From: Octopus sinensis
Lineage: Eukaryota
Length of the DNA: 64,000 nucleotides
Direction of reading: 5' to 3'
Assembly: GCF_006345805.1 (NCBI RefSeq)
Contig: NC_043011.1
Coordinates: 59,284,464-59,348,463 of the forward strand
In this document: in pieces, positions 37,501-51,798 of the stretch
How positions within the stretch are numbered: the first letter of the stretch is position 1
Layout: each line of letters opens with the position of its first letter
Made by a program: the position numbers and the translations under genes
Notes under the pieces: generated by a model
The model's database searches: none
What the model was told of the DNA's origin: nothing
What the model saw: only the letters and a program-made list of their open reading frames with translations

Positions 37501-37756
37501 CAGAATTTTTACTTCACATAGTTTATCTACAGTTTGAGTGAAAAAGAGAAAGAAAGAGGGAGAGAAAATTAAGGTTCCTGTTTAGAGTATATGTTTTCAT
37601 TAATGAGCGTTAACTACAGTATTAGAGTGCTTTAGCTCTTATTTCTAGCAACATGGGTATTTCCTAACGCCCTAGTCATATTTCGTGACAGTTGTAATTC
37701 TCCTTTGGTGAAGCGTTACAAAATGTTGCTTATATTAATTGTATATCTATCTATCT

Positions 37757-38340
37757 AAGGCGGCGAGCTGGCAGAAACGTTAGCATGCCAGGCGAAATGA
37801 TTAGCAGTATTTCGTCTGCCGTTACGTCCTGAGTTCAAATTCCGCCGAGGTCGACTTTGCCTTTCATCCTTTCGGGATCGATTAAATAAGTACCAGTTAC
37901 GCACTGGGGTCGATATATAATCGACTTAATCCGTTTGTCTGTCCTTGTTTGTCCCCTCTATGTTTAGCCCCTTGTGGGTAATAAAGAAATAGGTATTTCG
38001 TCTGCCGTTACGTTATGAGATCAAATTCCGCCGAGGTCGACTTTGCCTTTCATCCTTTCGGGGTCGATTAAATAAGTACCAGTTACGCACTGGGGTCGAT
38101 ATAATCGACATAATCCGTTTGTCTGTTCTTGTTTATCCTCTCTGTATTTAGCCCCTTGTGGGTAGTAAAGAAATAGGTATTTCGTCTGCCGCTACGTTCT
38201 GAGTTCAAATTCCGCCGAGTTCGACTTTGCCTCTCATGTTTTCGGGGTCGATGACTTAAGTAGCAGTTGTGTACTGGGGGTCGATATAATCGACTGGCCT
38301 CCACCCACTAAATTTCAGTCCTTGTGTCTAGAGTAGTACC
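37757..38340 (+). mobile_element. SINE family A array: head plus three tandem units
   Basis: TTCGTCTGCCG at 37811, 37997, 38181 (periods 186, 184). Confidence 0.9.
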
Positions 38341-38369
38341 TATTGATTATATATATATATGTTTCTATT

Positions 38370-38670
38370 AATTATATATTCTTTTACATGTTTCAGTCAT
38401 TTGACTGCGGCCATGCTGGAGCACCGCCTTTAGTCCAGCAAATCAATCCCAGGACTTATTCGTTGTAAGCCTAGTACTTATTCTATCGGTATCTTTTGCC
38501 GAACCGCTAAGTTAGTGGACGTAAACACACCAGCATCGGTTGTCAAGCGATGTTGGGGGTGACAAATACAGATACACAAACATATACACACACATGCATG
38601 CATATATACATACATACATACATACATACATACATACATACATACATACATACATACATACATACACACG

Positions 38671-38704
<34 letters not shown>

Positions 38705-38880
38705 CACGACATATATATACGACAGGCTTCTTTCAGTTTCCGTCCACCATATCCACTCACGAGGCTTTGATCGGCCCGAGGCTATAGTCGCAGACACTTG
38801 CCCAGGGTTCTACGCTGTAGGACTGAACCCGGAACCAATGTAGCTGGTAAGCAAGCTACCTACCACACAGCCATTCCTGT
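38370..38880 (-). mobile_element. SINE family B with internal (CATA)n/(TA)n
   Basis: Complete family B motifs. Confidence 0.9.
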
Positions 38881-40222
38881 GCCTGTCCGTGTGTGTGAGT
38901 ACGTGTGTGTAATATTTATTCTTCCTGCCTATCGTAACCATAGGTAACTTGAAGTGTTTTGGTGTGTTCACCTGTTGCATACACGAGTCAGCCTGCATTT
39001 GACCGCAAACCTGTGACAGTCAGTGCATATGTGCACGCGTGTTCGTGCGTGTGTGCGTCTGCGTGTATAAACGTCCATAGTTATATATAAATTCGTAGAG
39101 TGTGTGTGTGTGTGTGTATTCATTTCTGTACGTGTGATTCCGTGTGTCTATGTGTCTGTGTGTCTGTTTGTATTATGTTCATTTATAGAACAAGATTTCT
39201 CCGTCTTCTTATGTGTTGTCTTCATGGATTTCCTGAAGAAAGAAGAAAACAAAAAAACGGTACTTTACCAAAATATTATAACATTAATTAATTCAAAGTT
39301 GTTGTTGTTGTTACTGCTTTACTAACGCTATTGTTACTACTACTGCTGCTGCTGCTGGTAATGTTGTTTTTGTTGTTGTTGTCGTCTTAACCTGTAGTAG
39401 TCGAGAAAGAGACGGTCGTGACCACCACATTTATTTATTTATTTATTGGGATATACTGATGGGGCGACGGAAATATTCAACGTATTGTCGTTTACCTTGT
39501 ACATGACGCAATCATTGCACTGTGGCCATGCTGGGGCACTACTTTAAGTGATATAGTCTAACAAATGCTCCCGCAGTACTGAGTTTCTGAAGTCCTTTAT
39601 TTATTCCATCAATCTGTTACAGCAAAGCTGCGACGTAAACAAACCAATACCTGTTGTCAAACGCGGAGGATCAAACACAAACATACAAAACAGACACACA
39701 CACACACGCAAACAAATAGCTAGATAGATAAATAGATAGAAAGATATGTATACGATGGGATTCTACAGTTTCCGTTTTCCAAATTCACTCACAAGACACT
39801 AGTCGGCCCGTGATTAAAGTAGAAGACAGTTGATTCGGTACTGATTAATGTGTTCGAAACTGGAACCACAGGGTTCTAAAGAGAGCCTCTCGCCTTTCGC
39901 TGCTGTTCCTATCTGGTATGGTCGAGTGGTAAAGAATTTGACGGACCGAAATAAGCTTAGAATAAGCAGGAATTTTCCCAAAGTTTCTTTAATATATATC
40001 CATTTCTCGACGATATGGGAATAATAAAGCAGTTGGTAATACAATGCTCGTTGCGTCACCGAATACGTTGTCATATAATATCTCCGTCACGTTACGGGCA
40101 ATACCATACACTAATCCACCCCTCATACATGCACACATCTGAATAACTGTAGATAGGACGACACATCTTGAATACAAGCGATACACACACACACACATTT
40201 GTTTTATTAATATTTTATAGAA

Positions 40223-40318
40223 GCAACAGAATGACACAGGGCCCGAGGCTTTCGTGCGTTTGCACTTATCCAAGTTACGAAACGCAGGAAACTCTTGGCC
40301 CTTAACTAACTCTGTTGC
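40223..40318. ncRNA. Unique-sequence hairpin, pre-miRNA-sized candidate
   Basis: 63-nt imperfect stem-loop 40239-40301 (~24 bp) plus 8-bp basal stem GCAACAGA/TCTGTTGC; no match to a miRNA family I recognise. Confidence 0.3.
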
Positions 40319-40380
40319 CCTTAAATATTGGTAATCTCACACTCTCTCTCCCTCTCTCGCTCTCTCTCTCTCTATCTATC

Positions 40381-40413
<33 letters not shown>

Positions 40414-40534
40414 TATATATATATATATACATATATATTATATATGTGGTGACCCAGCATGGCCGCGGCCTTCGGGCTAAAACATTTTTAAGGATTTAAG
40501 GATATATATATACACACACATACATATATACATA

Positions 40535-40935
40535 TATTCTTTTCTTTTATTTTATTTTTTTATTTGTTTCAGTCATTTGGCTGCGGCCATGCTAGAGCAC
40601 CGCTTTTAGTCGAGCAAATTGACCCCAGGATTTATTCTGTGTAAGCCTAGTACTTATCCTATCGGTGTGCCTTGCAGAATCACTGAGTGACGGGGACGTA
40701 AACACACCACCATCGGTTGTCAAGTGATGTTGGGGGGGGGCAACATATACACAGACACACACACACACACATATATATATGTGTGTGTGTGTGTGTCTAC
40801 CAAATCCACTCAGAAGGATTTAGTCTGCCCTAGGCTATAGTAGAAGACACTTACCCAAGGTTCTACGCAGTAGGACTGAACCCGAAACCATGTGGTTCGG
40901 AACCAAGCTTCTTACCACACAGCCACTCCTGCACC
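40535..40935 (-). mobile_element. SINE family B
   Basis: Tail, internal microsatellite and head motifs. Confidence 0.85.
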
Positions 40936-41084
40936 TATATATGTGTGTGAGTGTGTGTGTGTGCCTTTGCCTTTGTATGTGTGTGTGTATATGTGAGTCT
41001 GTATGTATTTGTGCGTGCGCATGCTTATGTATGAATAACAGCAGTTACGGAAATACTACATATATTCCTCTCTTTATGGTATTA

Positions 41085-41290
41085 TTAGAATCGTTAGTTG
41101 CCGGTTGAAATTCTTAGCGGCATTTCGTCCGTCTTCACATTCTGATTTCAAATCCCGTCGCGGTCGACTTTATACTTCATCCTTTCGGGGTCGATAATAT
41201 ACGTACCAGTCGAATAGTGGGGGGGGGGGCTCGATGTAATCAACTTGAACCCCATCCCAGAAATTTGTAAACGTTACCCTGAAATTCGTT
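41085..41290 (+). mobile_element. SINE family A, single degenerate unit
   Basis: TAGAATCGTTAG head, TTCAAATCCCG B-box, CATCCTTTCGGGGTCGATAA core. Confidence 0.8.
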
Positions 41291-41405
41291 TGTAAATGTG
41301 TTTGTGTGTTTATGTATGTATCCACATGTATACGTAAATATAATCTCTGTGTGTGTGTGTGCGTATGTATATATATATAGGTATGTGTATGCATGTATGT
41401 ATTTT

Positions 41406-41454
<49 letters not shown>

Positions 41455-41478
41455 AGAGAGAGAGAGAGAGAGAGAGAG

Positions 41479-41531
<53 letters not shown>

Positions 41532-41535
41532 TGAC

Positions 41536-41580
<45 letters not shown>

Positions 41581-41700
41581 CATATATACATACATACATA
41601 CATGCATACATACGCGCGCACACACACCGTGCGGCTGCATGTTTTCTTAGGAAGATTTTGCGAGAGGAGTTTACTGACTTGAAGCACATAGTACTTAATG

Positions 41701-41735
<35 letters not shown>

Positions 41736-42516
41736 TGTAGTAGTAGTAGTACTTGCAGTAGTGGCAGCAGCAGCAGCAGTCTCTCTCTTTCTCTCTCTCT
41801 CTCACGCTTTCTCTCTCTCTCTCTCACTCCCTCCTTCTCTAAACTCAACAGACCTCCTTGCCCCCACCGCACTCATCTTTGTAAGCTATCGCATAGCAAT
41901 CCTAATGCATGAAACGCGCTTGACTCTGCGTTGATGTACGTTCTCGACTCGTCGAATCGAGGATCCTGTTTCGATTCCCAGATAGAACCATTTCATTTCA
42001 TTAATCCCGATTATAGGTTATAGAAAAAAAAAACTCAGGATTATCGTATAAGGTGAAAATCAAATACATCATTCATTATATGTAATTATATTTCTTTCTG
42101 TGTTTTTTTATATATATATTAATTGCTAACGTAGATGAAGGCGAAGTTCAGTGGTTAAGACGGTCCCTTTGGAAACTTGTAGTTTCGAGTTCAATTCTAC
42201 GATTCATCACCTTAAACAAGTGTCTTCTACTACGGCCCCGGGGCGGTAAATGCATTACAAGTGAATTAGGTAGACGAAAACTGTGTGGAAGCCCGACGTC
42301 TATATGTGTGTCTATTGTCTATGTGTATTGTGTGTGTGTGTGTGCGCGCTCGATCAAATATGTACATATGCCTATATTTGTGTTTATGTGTCCGTTTGTC
42401 CTGTGCCCTATTTATCTTGACTGGTTAACCGTTTCACTCCCCCCTCTCTCTCTATTCCTTTTCTACACGCATATGCGCGCACACACGCACTCACAGACAA
42501 GGCATGCATACTGCAG

Positions 42517-42577
<61 letters not shown>

Positions 42578-42646
42578 ATATATATATTTTGTGTATGTAA
42601 ATATATATATATATATGTGTGTATACGCATATATATATATACATGC

Positions 42647-42678
<32 letters not shown>

Positions 42679-44362
42679 TATATATGTATGTATTTATGTA
42701 TATGCATGCATAAATACATAGATACATGTTTAAACATGGCGATTCGAGAAAAAAGACGGCAAAATATCTGATTTGAAAATTTTAAAAGAAAATAGCGAAA
42801 ACAAACGTAAATGTTGGGAGTTGACGTCTTCGGTTAACCCACGTCAAGGTCCTGCCCCAGCATGGCCGCAGTCTAATGACTGCAACAAGTAAAAGACAAG
42901 CAGCTGCAAAGTTACATATCTCGTGGCGGGACAGAGAGGTTTAGTCGATCATACAGAACACTAGTATTAAGCTAGAATTTCTAGTACTAACTCAGCTGTC
43001 ACGTAATATCTGTATCTATGTTGTTGTCAAGTTTGCGAAAGTCCGCTTGCGCATTTGAGCGCAAGTTGAGAAGTCCGCGTTAAGTGAAGCGCCGGCACTG
43101 CTATCATGCACTTTCAAAGCTCGGATGAAACAAAGAGTCTTATGGCCGAAGTGAACGGTGCTCACCCGCTAAAAATGGTATTTAGTATATTTTTCTTTAT
43201 CAAAACATAATTATGTACTATCAGCTTCATTATATAATCTAATCGTAATTTGCCTCAGATCCAATAATTCACGCTGATAAAATAAAGATCAAATCAGGCT
43301 GTTGCTGTGTTATTAATAAAAATATCCTAAAGGTGCGCCAGAATCCGTAGCCCCGGCCCGATATCACACAGTGGCATAACAACAATCATACGCCACAAGA
43401 TCTTTCACTTGCAACTGTAATCTTTCATTAGAACAGTATCAAACAAAACAAAAAATTACAATTGATGAAATAAGGTGTTAAAAAGCCGAGGCTGTAATGT
43501 TATAATTATTATAAAATTCTTCAAAGAATGTCCGAGAGTTTATACCTCAAATCGGACCATACTTAAAGAATAAAAAAAAATTACTTTAACAATACGGACA
43601 GCCTTTAACAAGAAAGACAACACTAAAATCAGCGATAATATTTACAAGAGAGAAAAGTACTGCAGCTGTAACAGTATTTGTAAGGATAAGAACTAGAATT
43701 TATTATTTTATTGTTTTATCATTATATAGTAAAAAAAATAGCATGAAAGGGTAACGACGACCGCAAATGTAAGTTACTGCGAGATAAGATAGATAAATAG
43801 ATAGATAGACAGACAAATAGATAGATAGATAGATATATAGATAGATAGATAGATAGACAGGCAGACCGACAGACAGACAGATAGATAGATAGATAATGCA
43901 TAAACGAAAGACTACATTAAGTGTAAATCCTATATGAATATAATTACATACACATATATGTATGTGTGCGTGTGTGTGTGAGTGAGTGTGTGTTTGTTCG
44001 TTAGACAGAGAAAGTGAATGAGAGAGCAGCCGGGGAAGAGAGAAAGTAAGAGAGAGACATGGAGGAGGAGAAAGGGGAAGAGAAGGAGAGAGAAGATGAG
44101 GAGGGGGAGTAATTCATTTGTGAGGCATGTCCATGTACATTATATACATACATACATGTGTGTGTATATATATATATTATATATATATATATATGTATGT
44201 ATGTGTAATGATGGTGATGATGATGATGATGTAATAAATAAAATATCCACGTAGAATGTGCTATAAACATCAATAGTACCTTCTGCCTTTCCATGAATGA
44301 AAACTTCCTCAGGTTCGCCCCCCACTTGCCGCCCCCAGCCGATTCTAGACATCCGTATTTTG

Positions 44363-44430
<68 letters not shown>

Positions 44431-44698
44431 GTGTGTGTGCACATACACATACACACATACACACACACACACACCACATGTATATATATATTATATATAT
44501 ATATATATATAAAGTTGCTTACTATGTTCTTTTCTCTTTTTTTGATTATTTTCTTAATTTGGATAATTTTTGTTGTTTTGTTTTAGTATTTAGTTCGTCC
44601 GACGAAAATCTTTAATTTCAATATTTGTTAACAATCAATTTTATTTTGTTTTTGATATCAACCCGAACTCAAAATATTTTTTTTAATAATTCCATTCC

Positions 44699-44742
<44 letters not shown>

Positions 44743-45379
44743 GCTTTGCTCCCTCCCTCTCTTCCACATCCTCCCTCTTTCTCCTTCGTTTTTCTCTGGA
44801 CTTCTCTACATACCGTATTGCATTGCCAGTCAGGTAGATCTGTGTATGTGTGTCCGTTTTTGTCTCTGTATAAGTGCCTGTGTCTGTGTGTTTGTATGCG
44901 TGGTGTGTGTGTGTGGTGTGTGTATGTACATGCTTATGTTCAAGTGTACGTGTACATCGATGTATATTTGTATGTATGAACATATATATATTATATATAT
45001 ATGTATTTTCATAGGAAAGTATATACGCCTGTGCATGTCTGCGTAGAATTATGAATACCATATATTTTATCGCCATACGTATATATGTATGAATGTGCTT
45101 ATATATATATGTGTGTGTTTGTGTGCATGTTGTATAGTGCCGTAACTTTTCTGTGTGTGTGTGCGTCTTAAATAATTCAATACAATATTCAGAGATCGAG
45201 TACCTACGTCGCTGCATGCAGGAGCCTGTAATATATGAATGCGTGTGCTTATGTGTGAATGAGAGTCGGCGTGAAAATATAAACACAATAATAGTTACAG
45301 ATGCATGATAATAAGCAAGAAATATAATCTTCTTGTTCGCTGCCGTTGTTGTTGTTGTTGTTGATGTTGGTGTTGGTGT

Positions 45380-46100
45380 TGCTTATATTCTGTTTTCCGA
45401 AGCATGCTGCTAGTTTTGGTTTTCTTGCGTCACTGGAGAGAGATTTTGAAAAACGCAACAACAAGCGCAACAGCCTATGATTTCGAAAGTAAAACCGTGC
45501 CGAGTCTACAGCAGAAACATTTGACGTCACAAATGTGGTGGCAGCAGTCAGCGGGTGACTGGCAGGATTCCAGCAAAGCCATTGAAACAGTCAGTTAGTT
45601 CCTCCCAGCACAAGACATACACACTCAGAGAGAGAGAGAGACATTATTATTATTATTATTACTATAACACAATACAAACAACAACAACAAACAACAACAA
45701 ACAACGCAAAAAAAATACAAACTAGCAAAAACAACACTGATAATAATAATTCTGATAATAATAATAATGATGATGATGATGATGATAATGATGATAATGT
45801 TAATAATAAAAAGAAAATAAGGAAAAAAAAGTCTATGGAATAAGAAGTATTCAACGAATGTTTTCCAAGACTTTCAACTGTTAAATTTAAATATTTATAG
45901 TTACTTCAGCGGGTTTGGCTGTTAATTACTACTTTGTTATTACAATTATCATTAAGTTTATTATAACATATATTATAAATCCAGTATAGTATAATAGAAT
46001 ATTCAAATTATATCATATCATATTCTATTTATACGTTGCGATATATGAAGGTGCGTCACGCTTATAAAAGCGTTGCACGCGCCGCACGTACCTACATATA
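45380..46100. promoter_or_regulatory. Candidate regulatory region: extended CRE palindrome and TATA-like box
   Basis: TGACGTCA at 45522-45529 within ACATTTGACGTCACAAATGT; TGCGTCA followed by TATAAAAG (46063-46070) in a CpG-rich patch. Confidence 0.25.
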
Positions 46101-46496
46101 TACAATTTAAGAAGGCAAATCTATTCTAGATGAAACGCTTCGCTGCTTCCAATTTAAATGTGGATTTCCTTCTATTCTATATATTTTTAATATCTTATTT
46201 ATTCATTTCTTTCACTTCATTAAAATATATATTACATTCCAAACTTCTAGCAACAAAAGGATGCTGAATGATATAAATATTGATAATAATGATATTACTG
46301 CTACGACGACTACCACTTCTAGTTTCTATAAATAATACTAATACACATAATAATAATAGTAACAACAATTGTAATAATAATCATTATACTCATTATTGCC
46401 GTTGTTTTTGTCACTACTATTACTGCCACCAGTGTTTCAATGAAGAGCCTAACCGAAAGAATTGCACGGTACATACTTAAAGAAACATAATCTGAC

Positions 46497-46561
<65 letters not shown>

Positions 46562-47030
46562 ATATATATATACAGGAATATATGTGAGTGTGTGTGTATG
46601 TATATATGTGTATGTGTATAAAATTTCATGGATCTGTAGAGATGGAGAGAAAGACTTATTTAAGTCTGAAATTTACACTTCGCTGTCACACACAACAACA
46701 GGTAAGTTCCAATCATTCTCTCACCTTTACACTTCAGATGTTCTTTACAAAGATTGTTTTGTTTATTTCTGTTTGTATGTGTGTGTGTGTGTGTGCGTGT
46801 GTGTGTGCGTGTGTGTGTGTGTTGTTGTTGTACCTCTATACTTTGTTAGTATATATTTTTAATTATTTACCGGTATTCGTCACATGTCACGTTGAGATCA
46901 TTTTTTTAATATCACCTGCAATATGTACATACACACACACACACAAACGCATATACATACACGCATACATACACGCATATATACATACATACATAGACTT
47001 ATATATATATGTATACATACACGCAAATAC

Positions 47031-47061
<31 letters not shown>

Positions 47062-47698
47062 TATATATTATATATATATATGTATATATATACACCTAGA
47101 TACATATACATACATACACACATATATAGATATGTATGTATGTATATATGTATATATAATCATATTACATTATATTTTGTTTAAAAGCATACACACACGC
47201 GCGTGCAAAATTTAACTAACACACACGTGAGCACGTGCACACACACACGCACACACACACACACACAAATGCGCATACATAAAAGCACCGGGAAGTGAAA
47301 CTTCATGGAATTTAATGAATGCTTAGCTGAAAATAAATGAAAACCACTTCGTTTCTCCGATGGAGTTTGCATACATGCAGATATATATACGCATACATGT
47401 ACAAAAGCATTCTCTCACACAGACACACACACATATTTAGAAATTATATGCTCATGCATGTGGCCATATATGTACGTGTGTATATGCATATATACTCATA
47501 TGTGTAAGTGTTTGTATGAACATGTGTTCGCACTGCATACGCGCACGCGAGTGTGTGCGGTCACGGGGTACCTTCCTTTCTAAAATACTTTGATTTCATC
47601 CACATATCAACGATCCGAATGCAACATGTGTCTCTTTCGGCCCTGACATTTTATCATCATCATCATCATCATCATCATTATTATTATTATTATTATTA

Positions 47699-47744
<46 letters not shown>

Positions 47745-49283
47745 CATTATTATTTATATATTTATTCATTTATTAGTTTACTTAGAATCTCAAAACTTTG
47801 ATAAAATGTTCCACCACTAAAAGTTTGAGGTGGAAACGTGTCCTGAAAGCACATCCAGTGTATTCTACGGTTCGAATCACGTCTCAATCAATACCTTAAC
47901 AACAATAGCTTGTTTTTCTTTTTCACTCTTCATCATAACACTTCATCCCATGTTGACACGATATTTATTTTTCAACGTTTCTTCATCTTTCGTTTAAAAC
48001 ATCATAGCTGTTAACTAGTATCGGATACCTAGACTGATAAATTTGATGATATCAAAAGTTATAAACTAAACTATCGTATGTATTATCGATTTACTATATA
48101 TTTACTGCCGCTGTAAACCGAGAGTTAGATATCTCATCACGTCTTGTTTCCAGCGCGGTTTCAATTCCCAGTGGATTCCATTATTGTGCTTTATGACCGC
48201 ATAAACATATTTACATTTGCATACCTTCGTAAAATGAATTATGGATCCTATGTTTAATTAAGATATCTAATTAAACTACATAAGAGGCAATCTTTTTAAA
48301 AGTACATGTCGTTTCTGATAGTTAGATTTGTGGTTGTTTATCCACGGGTCAGCTCCCGTGAGCAGGACTATAATTAAAGAGCTTACAACCGTTACCACCG
48401 CATCATCTATCAAGACCACGTCTTGAAGACGTACGTCATACACTGCGTCGTTTACCTTTGGAAATTCTGCAGGTCCGGATTAGGGGACATTTGGCTACTA
48501 TTACTAGAAATTCATGCTTCCACATTGTGGCTCACTTACACAATGATGATGCAACGACAAAGTCCCCTCCACTTATATTCACTGACAATGCTGAAAAGTA
48601 TGGGTAAAGACATCAATAACAGAGCATCACAGTACCTCTAGGAATCGTGCTCTGCAAAATAGTATTATCATTGTCATTATCATTGGAATCGAATTTGTAT
48701 TTCATCATATCGGGTCGATAAAGTAAAGTGCCGGCCTCGTTATAATCGAGTCACGCCCCACCCTTTGACTTTTGACATTCTGCAAAAATTTCAAATCTTC
48801 ATCATCATCATCATCATCATTATCATCACCATCATTATCAACACCACAACCACCACCACCATCATCATCAACATCATCGTCATCATAATTATTATCATTG
48901 TGCTGCCCTCGAATGAGTTTATTGAAAAGTGGGTGACAGTTCGCGAAAATGTGTAGACCCATGAGTCGGAGAGAAAGAATTGGAGAAGGCACCTGCTCTT
49001 GAGGTTTGAGGGAAATCTCGGACAGTGGGGTTCCTCGATTATCCCTAGAGGCCTTCCTGTACCAGGAGGGCCACATTTCTATCATCCAGCTCACCACTTT
49101 TTTAAACCTATGTAGGCCATGCGTTTGTCCTTTCTTTTTCAGTGTATACCGTGCATACTTATTTTTTTCTATCATTTCATTATATATAAAACCCCATATT
49201 TTATATCTGTGTTTGTATTCTACCCCCACCTTCACTCTTGTAGCAAATAAATGAAGTCACAATTGTTACTATTATTATTATTA

Positions 49284-49322
<39 letters not shown>

Positions 49323-49607
49323 GGTGGCGTGCTGGCCGAATCGATAGAACGCCGATCATAGTACTTAGCGACGACATGTGGCCCGTCTTTACGTTGTGAG
49401 TTCAAATTACACTGTGGAGGATTTCGCTTCGCCTGTTATTCTTCCAGAATCGATAGATAGATATATCCACCACCATCCCTAACACACACATGCATGTATA
49501 TTAACCAATATATATTTATATATAGATATAGCTTCATAAGTGCTCACGTACGAAACTCTGTCATCGAGTCATTCTGACTCTTGTGCTATATATTTATATC
49601 TATCTAC

Positions 49608-49656
<49 letters not shown>

Positions 49657-51033
49657 ATCTATCTATCTATTTATCTACCTATATCTATATATATATACAT
49701 ACATGCATACTTGCATGCATACATACATATATGCATACATACATACATGTAGACATACATACATGTAGACATACATGCATGCATACATGCATACATAAAT
49801 GCACACATGTATTCACACACCAATATGCGTCAGCATACCTGTATACAAGTTGTACGTATTATTGAATTCCTTACCATTATTGTTATCATTATCATTATTC
49901 TTGTTGCTGTTGTGAAAAGATGCGTGAATGAGCCTGAATGGCCCCGACTGAACGAACCTAATCTAAGCAAGAGCATCTAGATCGAGGTTAGACGAAGTGG
50001 AGATGTCACATGCCCTGGAGGTCAGGGCAATCTTGGTTTTTATGATGTTTCCACGAACAGTCCTTGGAAGTCTCTCGCTTTTGTGGATTTCCTTCTTAAA
50101 AACCTTTATTGTTATTGCCCTTTTACACGATTAAATCCCACCCTTTGTGTTTTGTACCGTCCTATTCCATTCGAAATCTTTCATATAAACTCTCAGGGGT
50201 GAATAAACAAACACAAGATTATTAGAATGAATTGTCTTGCTTTTGTTTCGTACATGTTGACTCCAAGTCTCTCTCAGAGACCCTAAGAGACAACAAGTCA
50301 TTTATCATTCACCCGTGGCTGTTGTGAGTTTTCCATGCGGTCAATAAAGCGCCTCCCCTATTGGGAGTTTTAATTTGTTTAATTTTTAATTGTTATTTAT
50401 ATTCTTTACACGCTGTAAAACCATTTATATCGTCCTGTTTTTGTATTTTATGCTGCTGCATGTCTTTTAATGTTATTTTATTCGAGCCCTTCTGGATAAT
50501 AAAAGAATAGATTATTATCATTATTATTAGTATTATCATAATGTCATATACTGGTCAGAAATTCTGCCGGGTTCAACTTAGCTTTTCCTCCAAGATGGGA
50601 TGAAACTGTACCAATCACGTACTTGTGGTCGATTCTTAAAGTGACTGAGAGAACAGTATTAACCATAGGTCTGGGTTACGTTACGGGTTCAATTCCAGCT
50701 GACGTCAAGGGTGCGTTTTCAACTTTGAGAAGAATTATTAACGACATAAATTCTGGGTTTCGATCTCATCGATTAACAACTTTCTCTAAATTGCCTGCCA
50801 TGTGCCTACGTAAGAAACAACAACCATTATTGTTCTCGTTATCGTCGTCGTCGTCGTCATCAACATCGTCATCATCATCATCATCATTATCATCATCATC
50901 ATCAACAACAACGTAATATTCAACGCATCCAAGCAATACATTTAATTTCAATTCCGATAGTATGTTTGTATGTATGTAAAGTACGAATTATATGTGTTTA
51001 TATATAAGTGTATGTATATGTACGCATCTAGTA

Positions 51034-51074
<41 letters not shown>

Positions 51075-51114
51075 ATATATATATATATATATATACATAT
51101 ATATATAATATATA

Positions 51115-51158
<44 letters not shown>

Positions 51159-51197
51159 TATATATATATTATATATATTATATATATATATGTAGCC

Positions 51198-51237
51198 GTC
51201 CACATAGCTCAGTCGGTAGAGCATCAGACATTTATTA
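51198..51237 (+). pseudogene. 5' half of tRNA-Lys(UUU) (truncated tRNA pseudogene or OK-type SINE head)
   Basis: ATAGCTCAGTCGGTAGAGCATCAGAC (51204-51229) is identical to the D-arm/anticodon-stem region of metazoan tRNA-Lys(UUU); no T-arm or 3' acceptor strand; a family A SINE starts immediately after. Confidence 0.7.
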
Positions 51238-51240
51238 AGT

Positions 51241-51470
51241 GCGGCGAGCTGGCAGAAACGTTAGCGCGACGGGCGAAATGCTTAGCGACATTTCGTCTCT
51301 CGTTACGGTATGAGTTCAAATTCCGCCGAGGTCGACTTTGCCTTTCATCCTTTCGGGGTCGATAAATAAAGTACCAGTTTCGCACTGGGGTCGATGTAAT
51401 CGACTTAATCCCTTTCTCTGTCCTTGTTTGTTCCCTCTATGTTTAGCCCCTTGTGGGCAGTAAAGAAATA
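51241..51470 (+). mobile_element. SINE family A, single unit
   Basis: Complete head-core-tail. Confidence 0.9.
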
Positions 51471-51475
51471 TATAT

Positions 51476-51506
<31 letters not shown>

Positions 51507-51550
51507 TGACGTAAATATGCATATATTTAATATATTTATTTAATTATTTA

Positions 51551-51591
<41 letters not shown>

Positions 51592-51597
51592 CATATT

Positions 51598-51734
51598 GGT
51601 GCAGGTGTGGATGTGTGGTAAGTAGCTTGCTTCCCAATCACATGGTTGCGTCTTCAGTCCCACTACGTTGTATATTGGTAAAAATGCTTTTTTTTCAACC
51701 TGGGCCGACTAACGGCAGCCAGTATATATAATAT

Positions 51735-51798
<64 letters not shown>

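Noticed and set aside
37757-38340. CRISPR-like regular repeats
   Set aside because: Units are ~184-bp SINE modules without unique spacers, in eukaryotic DNA
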